The notes beneath the pieces are model-generated. The model ran no database searches and was not told where the DNA came from. It saw only the letters and a list, made by a program, of their open reading frames with translations. Position numbers and translations under genes: made by a program. From positions 1 through 64,000 of the forward strand of contig NMRA01000600.1 in the NCBI GenBank assembly GCA_002633005.1: DNA of 64,000 nt, written 5' to 3'. Of the stretch, positions 12,871-27,144 are shown piece by piece. Position 1 is the stretch's first letter, and each line of letters opens with the position of its first letter. This DNA comes from Phoronis australis (taxonomy: Eukaryota; Animalia; Phoronida).

Positions 12871-15798
12871 AGCTCCTCAGTTCGGTTTTACCATATATTA
12901 ATAAAGCATAAAAATGTTCCCACGAGGTCAGTGCGGGGGGTCCACATGCGTGGCCTGCGACAGTCTGGTACAACGTATATCACATTGCCTGCAATTATTT
13001 ATTTAATTGTCAGTTCTGCTTTATTGAGAGAACCATGGAAATGATCCCGCTTTTGAATTCAAATATGTCTATTTTCCAATCACCAAAATCGTTATTGCTG
13101 CATAATAAATACTGCTCAGTTGCTGTTAAACTACAGCAAATTTCAGCGTTTGTTTCTTTCAAATTGGTCCATTGCTTCATAAGTTCCTTTGAAAGATTCA
13201 CATGTTCAAAACACAGACTGTTGGTTGAGTTGAAGGATATCTATCTGTTTATAAGCATTTACGTATATGCTGTATATGTAAACATAGACTATAGTACATG
13301 GACCGCCAACTTCGTATACATGTAATCAAATGGACGCAATCTGTAATCTTACGCATATGCCGTGACGTCATTTTTCACTAGTGACAACAGGCAGACATGG
13401 AATACTTTACTTTTGGCAAGTACGACTAAATGTGGTCATTTTGCCCAACTCGCATCGGCGTACAAATCGAACGTTAATGAAACTTTTACTTTTTAAATAA
13501 GGTTCACATTAATACTCCAGAAATAACCACCAGGCCTACTCAAAAACCAATTTTGCACTTCAACAGCACTTTACTTACTCCACGGGACGTCTCATGTTAA
13601 GCTCGAATGCACGCCGATGTTGCTCAAAACTTCTGGACTCTGCTGTTGGAAGACTTTGAACAGAGTATCAATGCCGATTTTTTTTCGTTGTACTAAACAG
13701 TAAAATAGTTGACACTAGCCTGAAGCTGAGTTCGCTATGTTTAGAGGGTGGTACGTCCTCTGGGATATTTCTCAAGAAAATGTCGGAGTTGCTAATTTGT
13801 TGTCTATAATCTATGATGTAAATAAAGTTCTGGCCACAATTTTGTGGAAGAATTTCACTTCAGTTGCTTATGTCTCTTCTACAGTGCTTTGAGAATAAGG
13901 TTATTCCCTAACTTATAATGAACCAACCTAAGTGGTTGTTCATGTTTGAGACAAATGAGACTTTCTGTGTGTTGAAAATTTTGATTAACTTTGTGTACCA
14001 CGCTTCTGTACTCAAACACAAACTTACATGTAGGGTTGCCTGGAATTTAACGTGCGCTCTTATGCGCATCCATTGGTTAAATTGTGTATCTGGTGAATGT
14101 ATGTACCGTGGACCGATGGCTTCGGGTGAAAATAAATGAAATATAAAAATAAATATTTCAGAACTGATATAACTTAATATTACTCTGGATATTCGGGTCT
14201 TTTTTTTAAACATGTGTCAGATTTTTGACTAAAAATTTTTCTTCACAGAGCCTCAAATGGTTAAACCGGTCAGAGCTTTCATGAGGCTTGAGGAAAAGGC
14301 TGCGTTAGAACCTCGCTAAAAATCAAGGCTAATAACCAAGATTACGTGAGAAATTGTCTTGTATTTTAAATCAGATCGCGGGACATTGTCTAGATCAAAA
14401 TGTCTTGTTTAATGAATTTTCTTCAGATTAAAATTAAGAAAGAACATGCAAAACAGAAATATTCCGATTCATACATGTACCAGGGTGTTATCAAGAGAAC
14501 AAGACCCCGATTCCAACCGAAACGTAGTAAAAAATCCCCATTCAGAGTTTCAAGGCAAATATTACTTTTCAAACACTTTTTCACATAACGCAATGCTTGG
14601 TTTTGTGTGTTCGCTAGAGATGAAGAAAGCCTAGTTTGCACGCTCGCTTAATTTCTTTCTATGTTAAAACCAAACACCAAAAGCTGATTTAGGGTTCTGA
14701 GTTAAAAGGTCTTCTGAAGTTTCGTTTGTGGTTTTAACTAAGCCGAAATTATGATCTTGAAGATGTTTGAATACAAACTTGTAATACGTTTTCATGCAGG
14801 ATACATTAAGTGTGTCTGAGGCACGTTTAATCATTTGTATTATTTGATCTGTTCGGTGAAAATACGTGATCTGGTGACTATACGTGTGACTCGTTTCCGG
14901 AGAAGTTGTAACCTGCTGTCATGTTTAAGTACTCAGATTATGATGCCAAAATGTATGTGCGCCTGGGCCATGAAGTAGTAGCCATGTTGAATGTTAGTCA
15001 TTTTGACCAAAAGTTAGATCATCTGCCTACTATATAGTATGCTATCTTCCGGTCTCAGCTGAAACGAATTCGGTCTTGAGAATTTTCATGAAACGGGGCT
15101 CAGTTATATTATCTAGTAAGACAGACATTTCGATAAAACGTTTTATAGGTATTGTGATTTGATAATATTGTATCTATTCTCACAATACGAACAGTAAGTA
15201 AAAGATGCTACGTGTATGTCTCATTGAGTTGTAAATATGCAAGGGAAGCACTAGTTTCCAAACAACCCCAGGTTTTCCAGTGACCGGAAATCATCCGAGA
15301 GTCAGATAATACTTTAATGTAAACCAGTGTGATAAGTCATCGTTACCCAAACGTATTATTATTACTTGTTCGTTTCACTATGAAATAACGATTGCGTAAT
15401 ATTTGGAATTATTAGAGTTACAGTTCGCACTTCTTTCATGTGTATCAGTTATGGTGTTTTCTTTGAAATAGCATTTCATTTACAATTTGGTTCTTTTCCT
15501 GATTATACTACTACACACAGTTCTCCAGGAAGTCACAAGGTGGCTCTTGCTACAAATTTAAATATTCATGATTTAATGAGACACTACGATATAGAGGCCT
15601 GTAATTATTGATTGGAAGTGACAGTGTATTTTGGTATTCCTGCTTGATTTAATAATGGATGGCACGCATGCCTTTTATATACCATAGTGTCACGACAAGG
15701 GGCTGATAAATGTGTCTGTTCCTTAACCACGCACCGCTGTTTGAAATTGATATCTAACGAAATATTACTTAACTTATTAAGTATTTATGAAACTGTAC

Positions 15799-15989
15799 CG
15801 TTCAAACCGACAAGATGTATCTCCTTCAGGCTGACAGGAGTGCCATCGACTTCAATTTTCGCACCGTTTGCTTTATATGCAATGAGATTTTCGACATCAT
15901 ACGCCAACCAATATAGCAGTGAATCCAAGTTCGAGGTGTCATTGGTTACGTGCTTGATCGTGATCCTCTGCTGAAGTACCATGGTCGGA
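15799..15989 (-). CDS. SEA domain, third exon
   Basis: TTTTGTTCCTTACAG acceptor and GTACAG donor; 191 nt, phase 2 to 1. Translates (S)PTMVLQQRITIKHVTNDTSNLDSLLYWLAYDVENLIAYKANGAKIEVDGTPVSLKEIHLVGLN. Confidence 0.75.
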
Positions 15990-16379
15990 CTGTAAGGAAC
16001 AAAACAGTAGCTGTGGCAAGGTCTCCTACATATCTACCGATATAAGAAATAGGCAAAAGCATTCAGCAAAGGTGATCAAAATAGTCATGTATCAAATCCC
16101 AGTGAAGGGTTCAATTTATGACAAATAATGCAACCACAACAAATTCAAAAAGTTTTGAGACTGGTTTTACGTCCTATTGGATATTCTCATCAACGGGAAA
16201 AAGTCTACCAAAATCTTATTACCAACAATGGGTTAAAGCTGGTTAATTTAAAAGATGGCAGCTAAGACGATGCGAAATTACTAAAAACAGATATAATTTC
16301 TCCAATAATTCTGATAGAGACATAGTTTTTGCCTCTAGTAGATGGTTTAAAGAAGTGAGCTACACACAAAGGTGATCGC

Positions 16380-17820
16380 ATTTTCAATGCCAATATGACA
16401 TGTACCAATAATGATGGCAACGTGCTTGGATGTGACTCTGTTGGGGACAAAATCTTTGAAAGAGTGGTCGGACAACCTGTGTATTTTTCTCTTTTAAGAC
16501 GCAAGGGAAACGTTTCTGCTGTCCAGGTTCAACATGGCAGAACCATCGGTCCTACCCTGCTACTATACCTATTCCTGGTGGTATCCCGGTCAGATAACTA
16601 AGGTCTTGTGAGGAAGTGGTGAGTTTTGACCTCATTCCATTCCCACCGTATCTCTTTGAGGACAATCTGTTCTCTAAAAAGGCTGATAAATCTCAATTGG
16701 CTGACGCCGTCCATGATCACTGTTTCAAGGCCCATGCTCGCAAAGGAGCACTTGACTCCACACCTTCAGTGTATCTCAAGATTGATCAGACATGTGTTTG
16801 GTGGGGGATCCTTGCTGCATGAGCTCAAATGGAAGAAGGGAGCTACGTATAGGAAATTGTCGGAGCATACGCTGACTTCACAGCAAAGCACTACGAGGCA
16901 GCTACCATTGTCTTTGACGGCTATGATGCAGGTCTTTCCATAAAGGAAAACACTCAACAGGGACGAAAACAGACCAACAGCTCTCCGACTGTAAATTTTA
17001 CCAGAGAAACCGAATGTGGCAGTAACAAACAACAACTGATCGCCTTGGTAAGTTACAAGCTGTACAAAGTGGGATGCTGTCGCTCAGGCAGAAGTGGACA
17101 CTGACATAGACATTGCAGGTACAACAGTATAAACAGTACAATTTTGCATTCCAACCCATTGTTAGGCGAGGACACTGATCTTATTGGTGTTCCTGTTCCT
17201 GTATGGCTGGCGCGAAACCACTATTTTCCAGAACAGACAACCAATCAAGAACCAATCTTAAAGTATACGACTTAAAGTGTGGAGAAACTGTGTGCTTTGG
17301 ATTAAGTTGTGTACCCAGCTAATATTCCTGCACTTCTTCATAGGATGTTATTCAACGTCCCATGTGTATGGCGTTGGAAAGAAATCAGTATTTCAGAAAC
17401 TAAGGAAAGATGACCAACTTGTCCTCCAGTCGTGCGCAGATACAATCACCGCGAAAGATGCGAGACCCGCTGAGATCGAGGAACTTGGCAGCCAAGCGAT
17501 GGTTGCATTTGGTAGAGAGAGCACGTGCTTGTGGCAGCCATGTGTTACAACATAGTAACCAAGAAGGTTGCTGCTGCTAAGTCTTTTGTTTCTCTCTAAA
17601 TGTCATTGTCTCTGAGGGTATTAGCTCATGGATTGGATAGGGATGAACAATGACCTGTATCCTCTAGAATGGCGCTAGAGGATTGAAAATAATTTATTCG
17701 TGCCCATCATGGCTGCCATGAATGCTGCAGCAGGCATTCTCCTGAAGATGATACACTGCAACTGCACCACATTTTGCTGTACGCCCCGTTGCAGTTGTAC
17801 AAAAAATGGGCTTATTGTGA
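16380..17820 (+). mobile_element. Academ (AcademX)-type DNA transposon remnant: XPG/FEN1-like nuclease + Cys-rich C terminus
   Basis: P.PPYLF, KADKSQLA, GGSLLH.LKW, IVFDGY, GEDTDL, FLHFFIGC.STS..YGVGK and IHCNC...C..PRCSC.KNGL across broken frames. Antisense within a SEA intron. Confidence 0.7.
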
Positions 17821-18833
17821 CAACCCATTAAATTAAGTATCTGAAGAACTTGAAGAGAGTGATGATGATTGAATTTGTATGTGTAATAAACATAACATTT
17901 TGGGGTGAAAATATAACCTAACCGTTCGTGTATCATGTCGACATGAACATTTTATTAGCACCTGGTTTTAAGTCATTTTGACACTGAGAGATACGTTTTA
18001 AGTAAAAAAAGCGCTAAGCTGGTTCAAGTTGTTGTGAATAATACAATCTATATAACCTTTGAACACATTCTCTGTCAGAGAATTCTAAATGCTGTAGTTC
18101 GTTGGATTGCAATCAAGACTCTGTGTACATCATGTTGTAACTAACTCCAATTAACTCTTTCTCAGCACTTGAAAACGCCACCTTAATACTTCGAAAAATG
18201 TAGCACCCAACAGACGAAACCACAAACTTAAAAACACACACCTGAATAAATTAGTCGAAAATTGTCACAATTCGTGTTGATGACACTTATGTTGGCTTTT
18301 TTAAGTTTCAAAAGCATTTTTAATGTCTTGAAAGGAACACATCACGCATCATTATAATTATTATAAGTTTTTATCATGCATTGACAATAGACTGATTTGT
18401 TTATGTGCAAAATTTTGTGCAATTTCAGTGAACGTTTTTCAAAAAAATAAAGGCTAAAGTTCGAAATGTTTTCTGCCCACTCGACAAAATGGATGAATTG
18501 TGATTTTTCGTTCTTGAATTTTAGCAGCCACTGAAATGCTGATCATATCTGAATTTTGCTGACCTCTTAAAACCACGATTAGAACTAAAATCATGTTTCC
18601 ACCACAATTGTTTGACAAGTCATAGCTGTTTTAGTGATTTCGAACCGTCGTGAGGGCCATTTTGGAAATGACCCAGTTTTTACCCATTTCCGTTAGCCAG
18701 ATTTTGGTAGATTTTTTCTCCTGTAAATATGTATACCCAATAGGGCATAAAACCATAGTTAAACCTTTTGTTGCAATGTGTTGTGGGTCGCTTAATGAAA
18801 AGTGGACGTTTTCGTGAATTGGAAAACACATAC

Positions 18834-18898
18834 CTTATGCTCAAAATCTGTACTGCATCAAGCCCATCTATGTTCCAACTCGCATAAAGTTCCTTTAA
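18834..18898 (-). CDS. SEA domain, second exon
   Basis: TTTTTCTATTATTCAG acceptor and GTATGT donor; 65 nt, phase 0 to 2. Translates LKELYASWNIDGLDAVQILSI, and the phases match both neighbouring exons. Confidence 0.8.
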
Positions 18899-19562
18899 CT
18901 GAATAATAGAAAAACTGTGCTCAGTAATCAATATCGTGAAATGCACATTTTAAAAGGACGTAGTCGTGGCCGATTGAGGGTCAGGAATCTTTCAAAAGGG
19001 CTGTGTTCCACTGACTCAAGACCCGTTGAAAAAGCTAGCGTGTCTACTGTATATGCTACGATCATAATGCATGAAGACATCTCGCGAAAGCATGTTTGAC
19101 CGATATTTGACGCGAGACATCTAGATCGAAGAGACACAGCCAAACTCACGATGGTGTTCTTTTAATATGCGATACAGGCACATCATCGACAGCATTCAAA
19201 GGTGCTAGAGAAAGAAGAAGGCGGAGAGTATAGTGACTGATTACTGTAGATAACAGTTTGGAGACTGGTTCCTGTAGGCCTATAAAGTTACCAGGCCATC
19301 TGGCTGCGTCTGATGTACAATACTCATTACAAGATTACCTTTGCAGGTATGATGCACGACGATGTTAAAGACTACCAGCGTCGCAAAACATGACCAGCGT
19401 GACTACCACTGCACAATGGACAATTCCACTTAAAGTACCTTTTGATCATCATACATTGCATGTATGCAACACGTCAAAATTACTTTAACAGTTCAATTGC
19501 AACGCGTAATACTACTCGAACAAATTGTTCAACAGATGTGACCTTTGCAATTGATAACTTAC

Positions 19563-19681
19563 TTTGCCAGTCAAAGTTTTAATCAGGTTTGCAGTTTTTT
19601 GATTTTTGAAGTCTTCGTAGGCTTGATCATATGCCAGGCCAACCAAACTCAATGACGTTTGCATGTTCAATGTTTGTTCAC
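19563..19681 (-). CDS. SEA domain, first exon
   Basis: TCTATCTACAG acceptor and GTAAGT donor; 119 nt, phase 1 to 0. Translates EQTLNMQTSLSLVGLAYDQAYEDFKNQKTANLIKTLTGK. Confidence 0.8.
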
Positions 19682-22088
19682 CTGTAGATAGACAAAACGC
19701 CAAAAATTTACAATATCTCTACTTTTCTTGTACAAGTATGCCACGCCGTATAACAGAAAAAAAATCCGCTTCGATCAGCCTCGGTGTGAAGATTGCGAGT
19801 AGGAAAAGGAGCTGTAGGAAGTAAAACACATTTTTTCAGAGACCGTCTGCGTGAAACATGGTTTTACACGCTGTTTGTGGTACTTCACTCTTAAAAACAA
19901 CTCGTCAAAATACATTGAATAATATCAAATGTACAATGCGCGTAAACGAAATGAGATATAATTACAACACATCAAGGATTTGAGGACAGTTTAGTCAACA
20001 TAATTTAGACAAATCCCTGGAGTACATTTTCCTTGAGCTTCCCTCTCAGGCCACACTTAGCAGAATTTACATGTAACTTTCCTGCCCTTACGGGGGTAGG
20101 TGCAGGCTGTTACGTCAAAATCAGCTAACCAGCAACCCAGTCGGTAGTCTTTTAGATTTCGCCACAAGGTGGGGCTGATATCGGTTGTGTTATGGTAGCC
20201 AACTTACTCAACACTTGTCTCTCAGATCACATCAGGTAGAGAAGCGACTAGTTGTCAAATGGCAACCAACTAACACAATGTCTGGAACATTCTCGTTGTT
20301 CTATGCTGGCAAAGTTTACCGAAAACGTTCCAAACGATCGGTTTCCATGTTCCTGTATAACCCAAATGTATAACTACATGCATTTTTTATTTTTGTCACT
20401 AAAGCAACGCCACAATGCACCGTATTCCAAGCGTTGAAAGTGTGTTAGAAGCAAAAGAAGTCGGACAGTGAATTTTTTCTCTACTTTTATATTCATGAAC
20501 CACTATATACCAATTGAATCCCTGTCCACCAAATCTGAGTCGAGATTAATCGAAAGTCTCTATCTTGCTCTCGTTACTTCAGAGATCGGAAATCATATGG
20601 AAAATACCCTATTGCAAATAGTCCGCAACGCTTCATGGCTCCATGGGTGCCATGAATGATCATACAGTTTTAGATGCCTTTCAGGTAACAGGAGGTTTAA
20701 ACTGACAGCGATAAAAAGGTAAATGACCTGATAAAGACACCAGTCTTGGCATAGAATGACGTGCCTTTTGTGAACAAATGTCAAAATAATTCTCGATTGA
20801 TTTTGTTCCTAGCAGCTATCAAAACAGATAAGCACTGTTGTTTACAAGTACACGCTTTGTTTTTGCATAAGGAAGTAGGAAGTGTGATTTGTCTGGTTCA
20901 TTCCATGTTGATAACGATAATTCTCGAGTCCTATTGACATTCTTTCCAAGGGAGGTCGTTACTGTGCACTCTTTAAGTTGACCTTGCACGTATAATCCTT
21001 ATATTTGTGATCGCTGAGTCAAATTAGTTACATGTAGAAACACAACCTATACATGCAGCCACAATGTGAACATGAAGTAGTTTGGAAATTCCCAAAGAGT
21101 TTTGTGACGAAAATAATCTCCCGTAATTCATTCAACAGTATCCGATACGGTGACGTGGTGCTGGTTATAATAACAGTGCATGATGCGGGCTATGTGAACC
21201 CAAAGATACGTCATTAGTGCAAATTGCACATATTTGCAATTTTTTGTTTTCACATTATCAGGTTTTCAATAAATGCAGCTGCACTTTGCTTAGCGTAGAT
21301 GATGTTCAAATATCATTGCCGTTTATAGTTCCTGCTATACACTAGCATAGTTAGGAGCATGCAAATACACATTTAAAGTGCTTCAACCACCATTTATTGT
21401 GTTTTGATAAGTGACCGTATTGTCAGCATCATTAAACGTTTCTTTATAGAATGGTATATCACAATCGTGAATTCAATATCCCCAAAAACGAGAAAGTAGA
21501 ATAGTGAATTCAATTGAAATTTTCTTTTCTCCAGACATTAGTGTGACGTACATGTAAGAACGTGCCCAAGTCAGCACCAGTATGTTATGACCACCAACAC
21601 TCAAGTTCCTTGTAAAAACTTGTGCGTCTCTGGTGTCTCGTGGGAAAGTGAAAGAACCACAGCGTCCTCAAATCCTGGTTTGTCACAAGCACCAAAAACG
21701 CAATCTTTCACCATTATTTATTATACCGTAAAGTACGGGAAACCAGCAGCGATATCAGATCACTTCCCACTAAACACACTAAAGACGACTAGTGTTACGA
21801 TTGATTGTCCCGATTTTACGTTGTATGTATCGACCAGGAAATGCTCGTAACTCGAAAACAGTTCATTAACATATGGTAAGACAGACTGTGTGTGCTATTT
21901 TGACAGCTGGTCGACAGGTGGGCATGTTTTGGTGTCTTTGATATGCAATGGGTGGTCTGAAGCACTTTAAACCTCGATGCACAAAAAAACTTCATTTGGC
22001 GAACCACTTTTCAAATGTGCGTTTGCCCTGCATGGAAATGGTAGACTGCCCTCAGGTTGTCACATATTTCACATCCGTCACCAACGAT

Positions 22089-22835
22089 TTTGCGCTTGGT
22101 TTCTCTGTTCAATACATGTACTGTTGGCTTAACCAGTGCCTAGAAATGCCTGATTAACACTGAGAGGAACGTACTGAATTCATTGGATGATGAGAACTGG
22201 TTTTAATGTAATAGGTAGATAATGCATCTTCTGGATCTTTGTTCATTCGTCAAGATGGCTACCACCACGCTCATACATACATGTATCCTGCCGGCAGAAG
22301 GCGCAAACTACCATTACTACCATAAAACAAGCGTCAGAGGCAGTGTAGATGCAGTGGTAGGGGAACCTACACAAGCACGATATCCTCGGGTATGGACTCG
22401 CAACTAGTGGTGGGTTGATTGCAATATTCAAGCCTTGCCATAACTTTAAATTGCGTAAAACNTTTGCGCTTGGTTTCTCTGTTCAATACATGTACTGTTG
22501 GCTTAACCAGTGCCTAGAAATGCCTGATTAACACTGAGAGGAACGTACTGAATTCATTGGATGATGAGAACTGGTTTTAATGTAATAGGTAGATAATGCA
22601 TTTTCTGGATCTTTGTTCATTCGTCAAGATGGCTACCACCACGCTCATACATACATGTATCCTGCCGGCAGAAGGCGCAAACTACCATTACTACCATAAA
22701 ACAAGCGTCAGAGGCAGTGTAGATGCAGTGGTAGGGGAACCTACACAAGCACGATATCCTCGGGTATGGACTCGCAACTAGTGGTGGGTTGATTGCAATA
22801 TTCAAGCCTTGCCATAACTTTAAATTGCGTAAAAC
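22089..22835. other. Duplicated 373 bp around single N (22462); probable unmerged overlap
   Basis: 22089-22461 matches 22463-22835 except for one substitution seen. Confidence 0.9.
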
Positions 22836-24439
22836 GGGGTCGTTAAATACATGTATGTGTTATACTGCTGTTTACCCGATTTAAAATCAAGATGTGTCAT
22901 GAAACGGGCAGGTTGATTCACTAAAAAAGTGTTTGTTTTTTATCTGTAAAGATACAACTCCCAGTGGAAATTCACAATGCAACTTCTCTACATATTTAAA
23001 TACACCGGAAACACGTACATCCTCCTTGGGCTATGACTTTAATCACTCTTTTCTCCTTGCATGCCGTATACTTCATGTGACATTCGCTAAAATACGCGTT
23101 TCCGTCGCTGCCACACACGGAATTTGGCGTTGAAGGGCAGTCGCTTTTACAAGGAGGACCTAAAATAAAATCAAGGTATTTCAGGCAAACATTTGGTGTC
23201 AGTGAAGTGGTAGCGGATTTGAGTCTTTAGAATCACACGGAAATGCGAATCACTCCCTCTAACGATCAACCTCAACACCGGGTGATAACGGTCAAAATCA
23301 AGTGCATTGCGTGATATGACCACGGCAAAACATCAATTTTTTGAGATCAAAGTAGTCTAACCCTGTTATGTATTCCCACAAGTTTTCAAAATATTGGGTC
23401 ATGATGAGTACATGTATAGGAAAGAACTAATCTATCAAATGACAAGCATCAGTAGGTGTTTGAATTTGAACCAGGCACGCTTTGTTGCATTCGCCAGAGC
23501 TCATCGACTAGTTTGTGACGCGTCACTTTAAGTAGCCTGACCTCCTACCCATGCAATACGTAACGGGCACCTACTGTATACTGCTTTAAAAACTTAAAAT
23601 GCATTCCAAAATCAGATGTTTTCTGTTGTATCAAAACAAACAAATCCCTGCAAAATCTGTATTGATGTCGAAGTTGATATTGAAAATTTTGTAGATTTGC
23701 ACTGCTGGCTTAGGAGCTCTTTGTTTTGTGACGAAACTTGCACAAAAAACTAAAGTGCATAGTAACCAAAATATCAAACCTGTACGATTGAATTGCGCAT
23801 CAAACCTTTACCCAAAATACAGAATTTTGCCCTCGAAACTGAATGAAACCGATCCGATATAGCATAAATTAAGACTCCGTGAAAAATGACCCCGGTTAGT
23901 TTTTTCAAAGGGTCTAAATTTAATATGAAGAAATTTTCAGCGCATGAAAAAATGACCCCACGTCCGTGAAAACCTGTTCCGTCGTTATTCAACGGCTCCC
24001 CCGCTATAGGGGTTGGGAAAAGCAGGCAGCGTGCGTGAGAAAAGAGTTTATTTTAAATTTCTCGGCTGAGGGTTGCGCAGTACGTATATCAGATTAAGGG
24101 CGGGGATGGATAGGAACGGCCTGAAATAATGTGTGGGAGCGCGGCTGATCTCTTTGCGAGCACACATTTTACACGGTGTCGGGATACTACAAAACGCCAA
24201 CAAGTGCCTGGTACTTGATCGGGTGGACTTCAGATCGTTGAGATAGGAATATCGTGCGTGATAGAAGAATATTTGTACGTTGGCAATTCCGAGCAATGCA
24301 TAAGAAAGGAACTTATTCTGTGTTCTTTGATTTGTAGAGTGTACATTACGGCGTTCTCCCGTTGAGTCTAACTTGTTAAGTGTGATAAGTTGGGCAGATG
24401 AGCACTGCAGCCACTATATTGCAACTGACGACTGGCTAA

Positions 24440-25658
24440 AGGAGAATGCCGCCTGATTTAATTAGTCTTTATTACCGTCTAAATCGGTCTATATCCACAT
24501 CGCCTCATATAAGACCGACCTCATCTTGACGAGAGGTGTCGCGTTAACATATAGGAAGGTGAGAAACAACGCAAGTGGTACTGCTGAGAGAATGCCGCTA
24601 TGTTGCGGTACATCGTTCCCGCTTGTCAGAACTATGTAGCTACGTTTTGTCGACTTCCTCGAGAGCCAGAAATGCTTCGGAAGTGGCTCGTGGTAGTGAA
24701 AAATGAAAGGTTTGCTGTTAATAGCAAGTATGAGACCGTGTCTGTGGCAGGAATTTCGGCGACAGTGATTTCTCTGACGAATTCCGGCTTACCAAAGAAC
24801 TATCCATACAATGTACGTTCCGTTGTCTGTGCATGTTCACGGCGCCACTCCAGCATTTCTTGATCAGTGTATACCGGTTCGAACTGATACGTGCAAATCA
24901 CACTCAAGGTAAATATTCGGTGGCCACTTTTGGTGAAAAATGACGGTTGTCATATAACTGTAAAAGCTGGGGTATTTTAAAGTACCATCATTCCAGGTTA
25001 ATAATCTAAAATATTTTTGCACAAGAACCACCGAATAAAATTTTATGGCCTAATGCATCACAGTTGTACAAAAGGGTTCGTACACTACAACCTTTGGTCA
25101 CAGCCAACTTCTACCATGCAAAAATTCATAAGGTAATTTAACAAGTTCTTGATCAAATTGAAGAAGTATCACATACTAAAGTAAGAAAAGTTATTACCGT
25201 GCTGATCAAGAAAAGTCACTAGTATAAACAACACAGATTTAGGTTCTCCTGTATGTATTTCACGCAAGAATACTTCGAATTTATCTCCAAATGGTCCCCA
25301 AACTCCTGCTACGTACCTTGGTAAATTGGCCTGTTCAATTTGTAGATCACGGTGTGTCCAAATACAAATAAAGCCGTAACACCAAATAAAAGAACACGTT
25401 TTTATAAGAACTCGGTGCATTTTTAAAGGTTTTACATCGAAGTTTCGTGATTTATTGGTGTTTAACGCTGAATTCAAGCGATAAGCTGACACCAGTAACC
25501 CGTGTTGCGAACTGCTGAACAGACTGCGCGTCATTGAATAATTTCAACAACTCCGCCTGCCGTCAGATGTTAGGTAACGCAACCGAGCTTGCCGTTATCG
25601 AGTAGAATTATTCGATCTAAATTGATACAAAATAGGTTGTTTTGGGTGGCATTCTCCT
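24440..25658 (+). mobile_element. Non-autonomous Kolobok-type DNA transposon with degenerate THAP domain
   Basis: TIRs AGGAGAATGCCGCC / GGTGGCATTCTCCT and 4-bp TSD CTAA on both sides (24436-39, 25659-62). THAP-like VPACQN...F.RLP......RKWL at ~24600-24770. Confidence 0.8.
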
Positions 25659-26210
25659 CTAAGTCCATTCTGGCAAATAGGGTTGGAGGGTCAGCTCTCT
25701 TTTGTTCGATAATTGCTCTAATCTCCAATAAGATCGTATCTTATATCCTCACTGGGCTGTGCTGTTAAAACAATTTAAGTTATAACAAGTTTGAACATAA
25801 ACCAATGACATTTCTGAGTTGCTCATCAAACACTGATCAACCTTATAGTTTTTGAATCACCAAAATCGACCAACTAAAATCGAAGTTAAGACAATCTATT
25901 CTGTCCGAACGTACCAACGTACTGGGTTTGACTGAGTTCACATGTGATCGGTTATAAGGCTGGTTGTTCACGAGTGTTTTAACGTTTTGCAGATGTTCCA
26001 CTGTTTATAAATGTTTTTACTACTGCGCATGCTCATATGTCACGTGAGAGTTAGTCGAAATATAGAGTCGATATCGTTAAAGTAAAAGAAGGGCGTTGTT
26101 ATTATTTTGTTATCGTGTTTCATCGTAAATCGTTTTTAAAAATAAGAATTTAGTTGTGCACCATCGGCACAATTTCTGGTAGCAGAGCAAGGTTATTTGG
26201 AGTAATCAGG

Positions 26211-26700
26211 ATGGAGAGCAGTGAGAGTGCAAAAACGGAAAAAACACAACAGATAAATGCGCTCAAGTTAGATAAGTCGAAGGCCAAGGCGGCTTTCACC
26301 AAAAAAAGGAGACAACTGTCAAACTTGATATTGGAGGAGAGTGAAGTCGACGACATAAATCAGTTGTGCGAGTTAGTAGAACAACTGAATTTCGAAGCGC
26401 AACAAGTGTGCAGTGAATTAGCAGGACTTTATATCGAAACGGACAAATCGCTGTATGAGAAAACACAATCGGAAATAGAACAACTAGAATACGAAGGAGC
26501 TGAGGCAAGCAAGCAGGTTCAAGCTTACATAGACGGTAAGATTGTTAATAAATCACCTGTCAGTGCACTAAACACTATGATCCCAAATACTACAACTGAG
26601 AGTGAACACAGTGAAGTAAGTCCACCTGCAACTACTGCCAATGACATGTGGAAATTGTTGAAATGGGTTTCAATCCCGGTATTTTCTGGACAAACTAAAA
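26211..26700 (+). CDS. BEL/Pao gag N terminus (runs into the gap)
   Basis: Coiled-coil-like start followed by LKWVSIPVFSG, a typical BEL gag motif. Confidence 0.8.
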
Positions 26701-27141
26701 NNNNNNNNNNNNNNNNNNNNNNNNNNNNNNNNNNNNNNNNNNNNNNNNNNNNNNNNNNNNNNNNNNNNNNNNNNNNNNNNNNNNNNNNNNNNNNNNNNNN
26801 NNNNNNNNNNNNNNNNNNNNNNNNNNNNNNNNNNNNNNNNNNNNNNNNNNNNNNNNNNNNNNNNNNNNNNNNNNNNNNNNNNNNNNNNNNNNNNNNNNNN
26901 NNNNNNNNNNNNNNNNNNNNNNNNNNNNNNNNNNNNNNNNNNNNNNNNNNNNNNNNNNNNNNNNNNNNNNNNNNNNNNNNNNNNNNNNNNNNNNNNNNNN
27001 NNNNNNNNNNNNNNNNNNNNNNNNNNNNNNNNNNNNNNNNNNNNNNNNNNNNNNNNNNNNNNNNNNNNNNNNNNNNNNNNNNNNNNNNNNNNNNNNNNNN
27101 NNNNNNNNNNNNNNNNNNNNNNNNNNNNNNNNNNNNNNNNN
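26701..27141. other. Assembly gap (441 N)
   Basis: Run of N; the gag C terminus, protease and RT core are missing here. Confidence 1.
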
Positions 27142-27144
27142 TTT

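Noticed and set aside
13579-13640. Possible small minus-strand exon SRSFEQHRRAFELNMRRPV
   Set aside because: Splice signals are plausible, but it has no homology cue or matching downstream partner.
22222-22805. Twin 61-62 aa ORFs suggesting a gene duplication
   Set aside because: They lie in a near-perfect duplication around a single N, so this is an assembly overlap, and they have no recognisable protein features.
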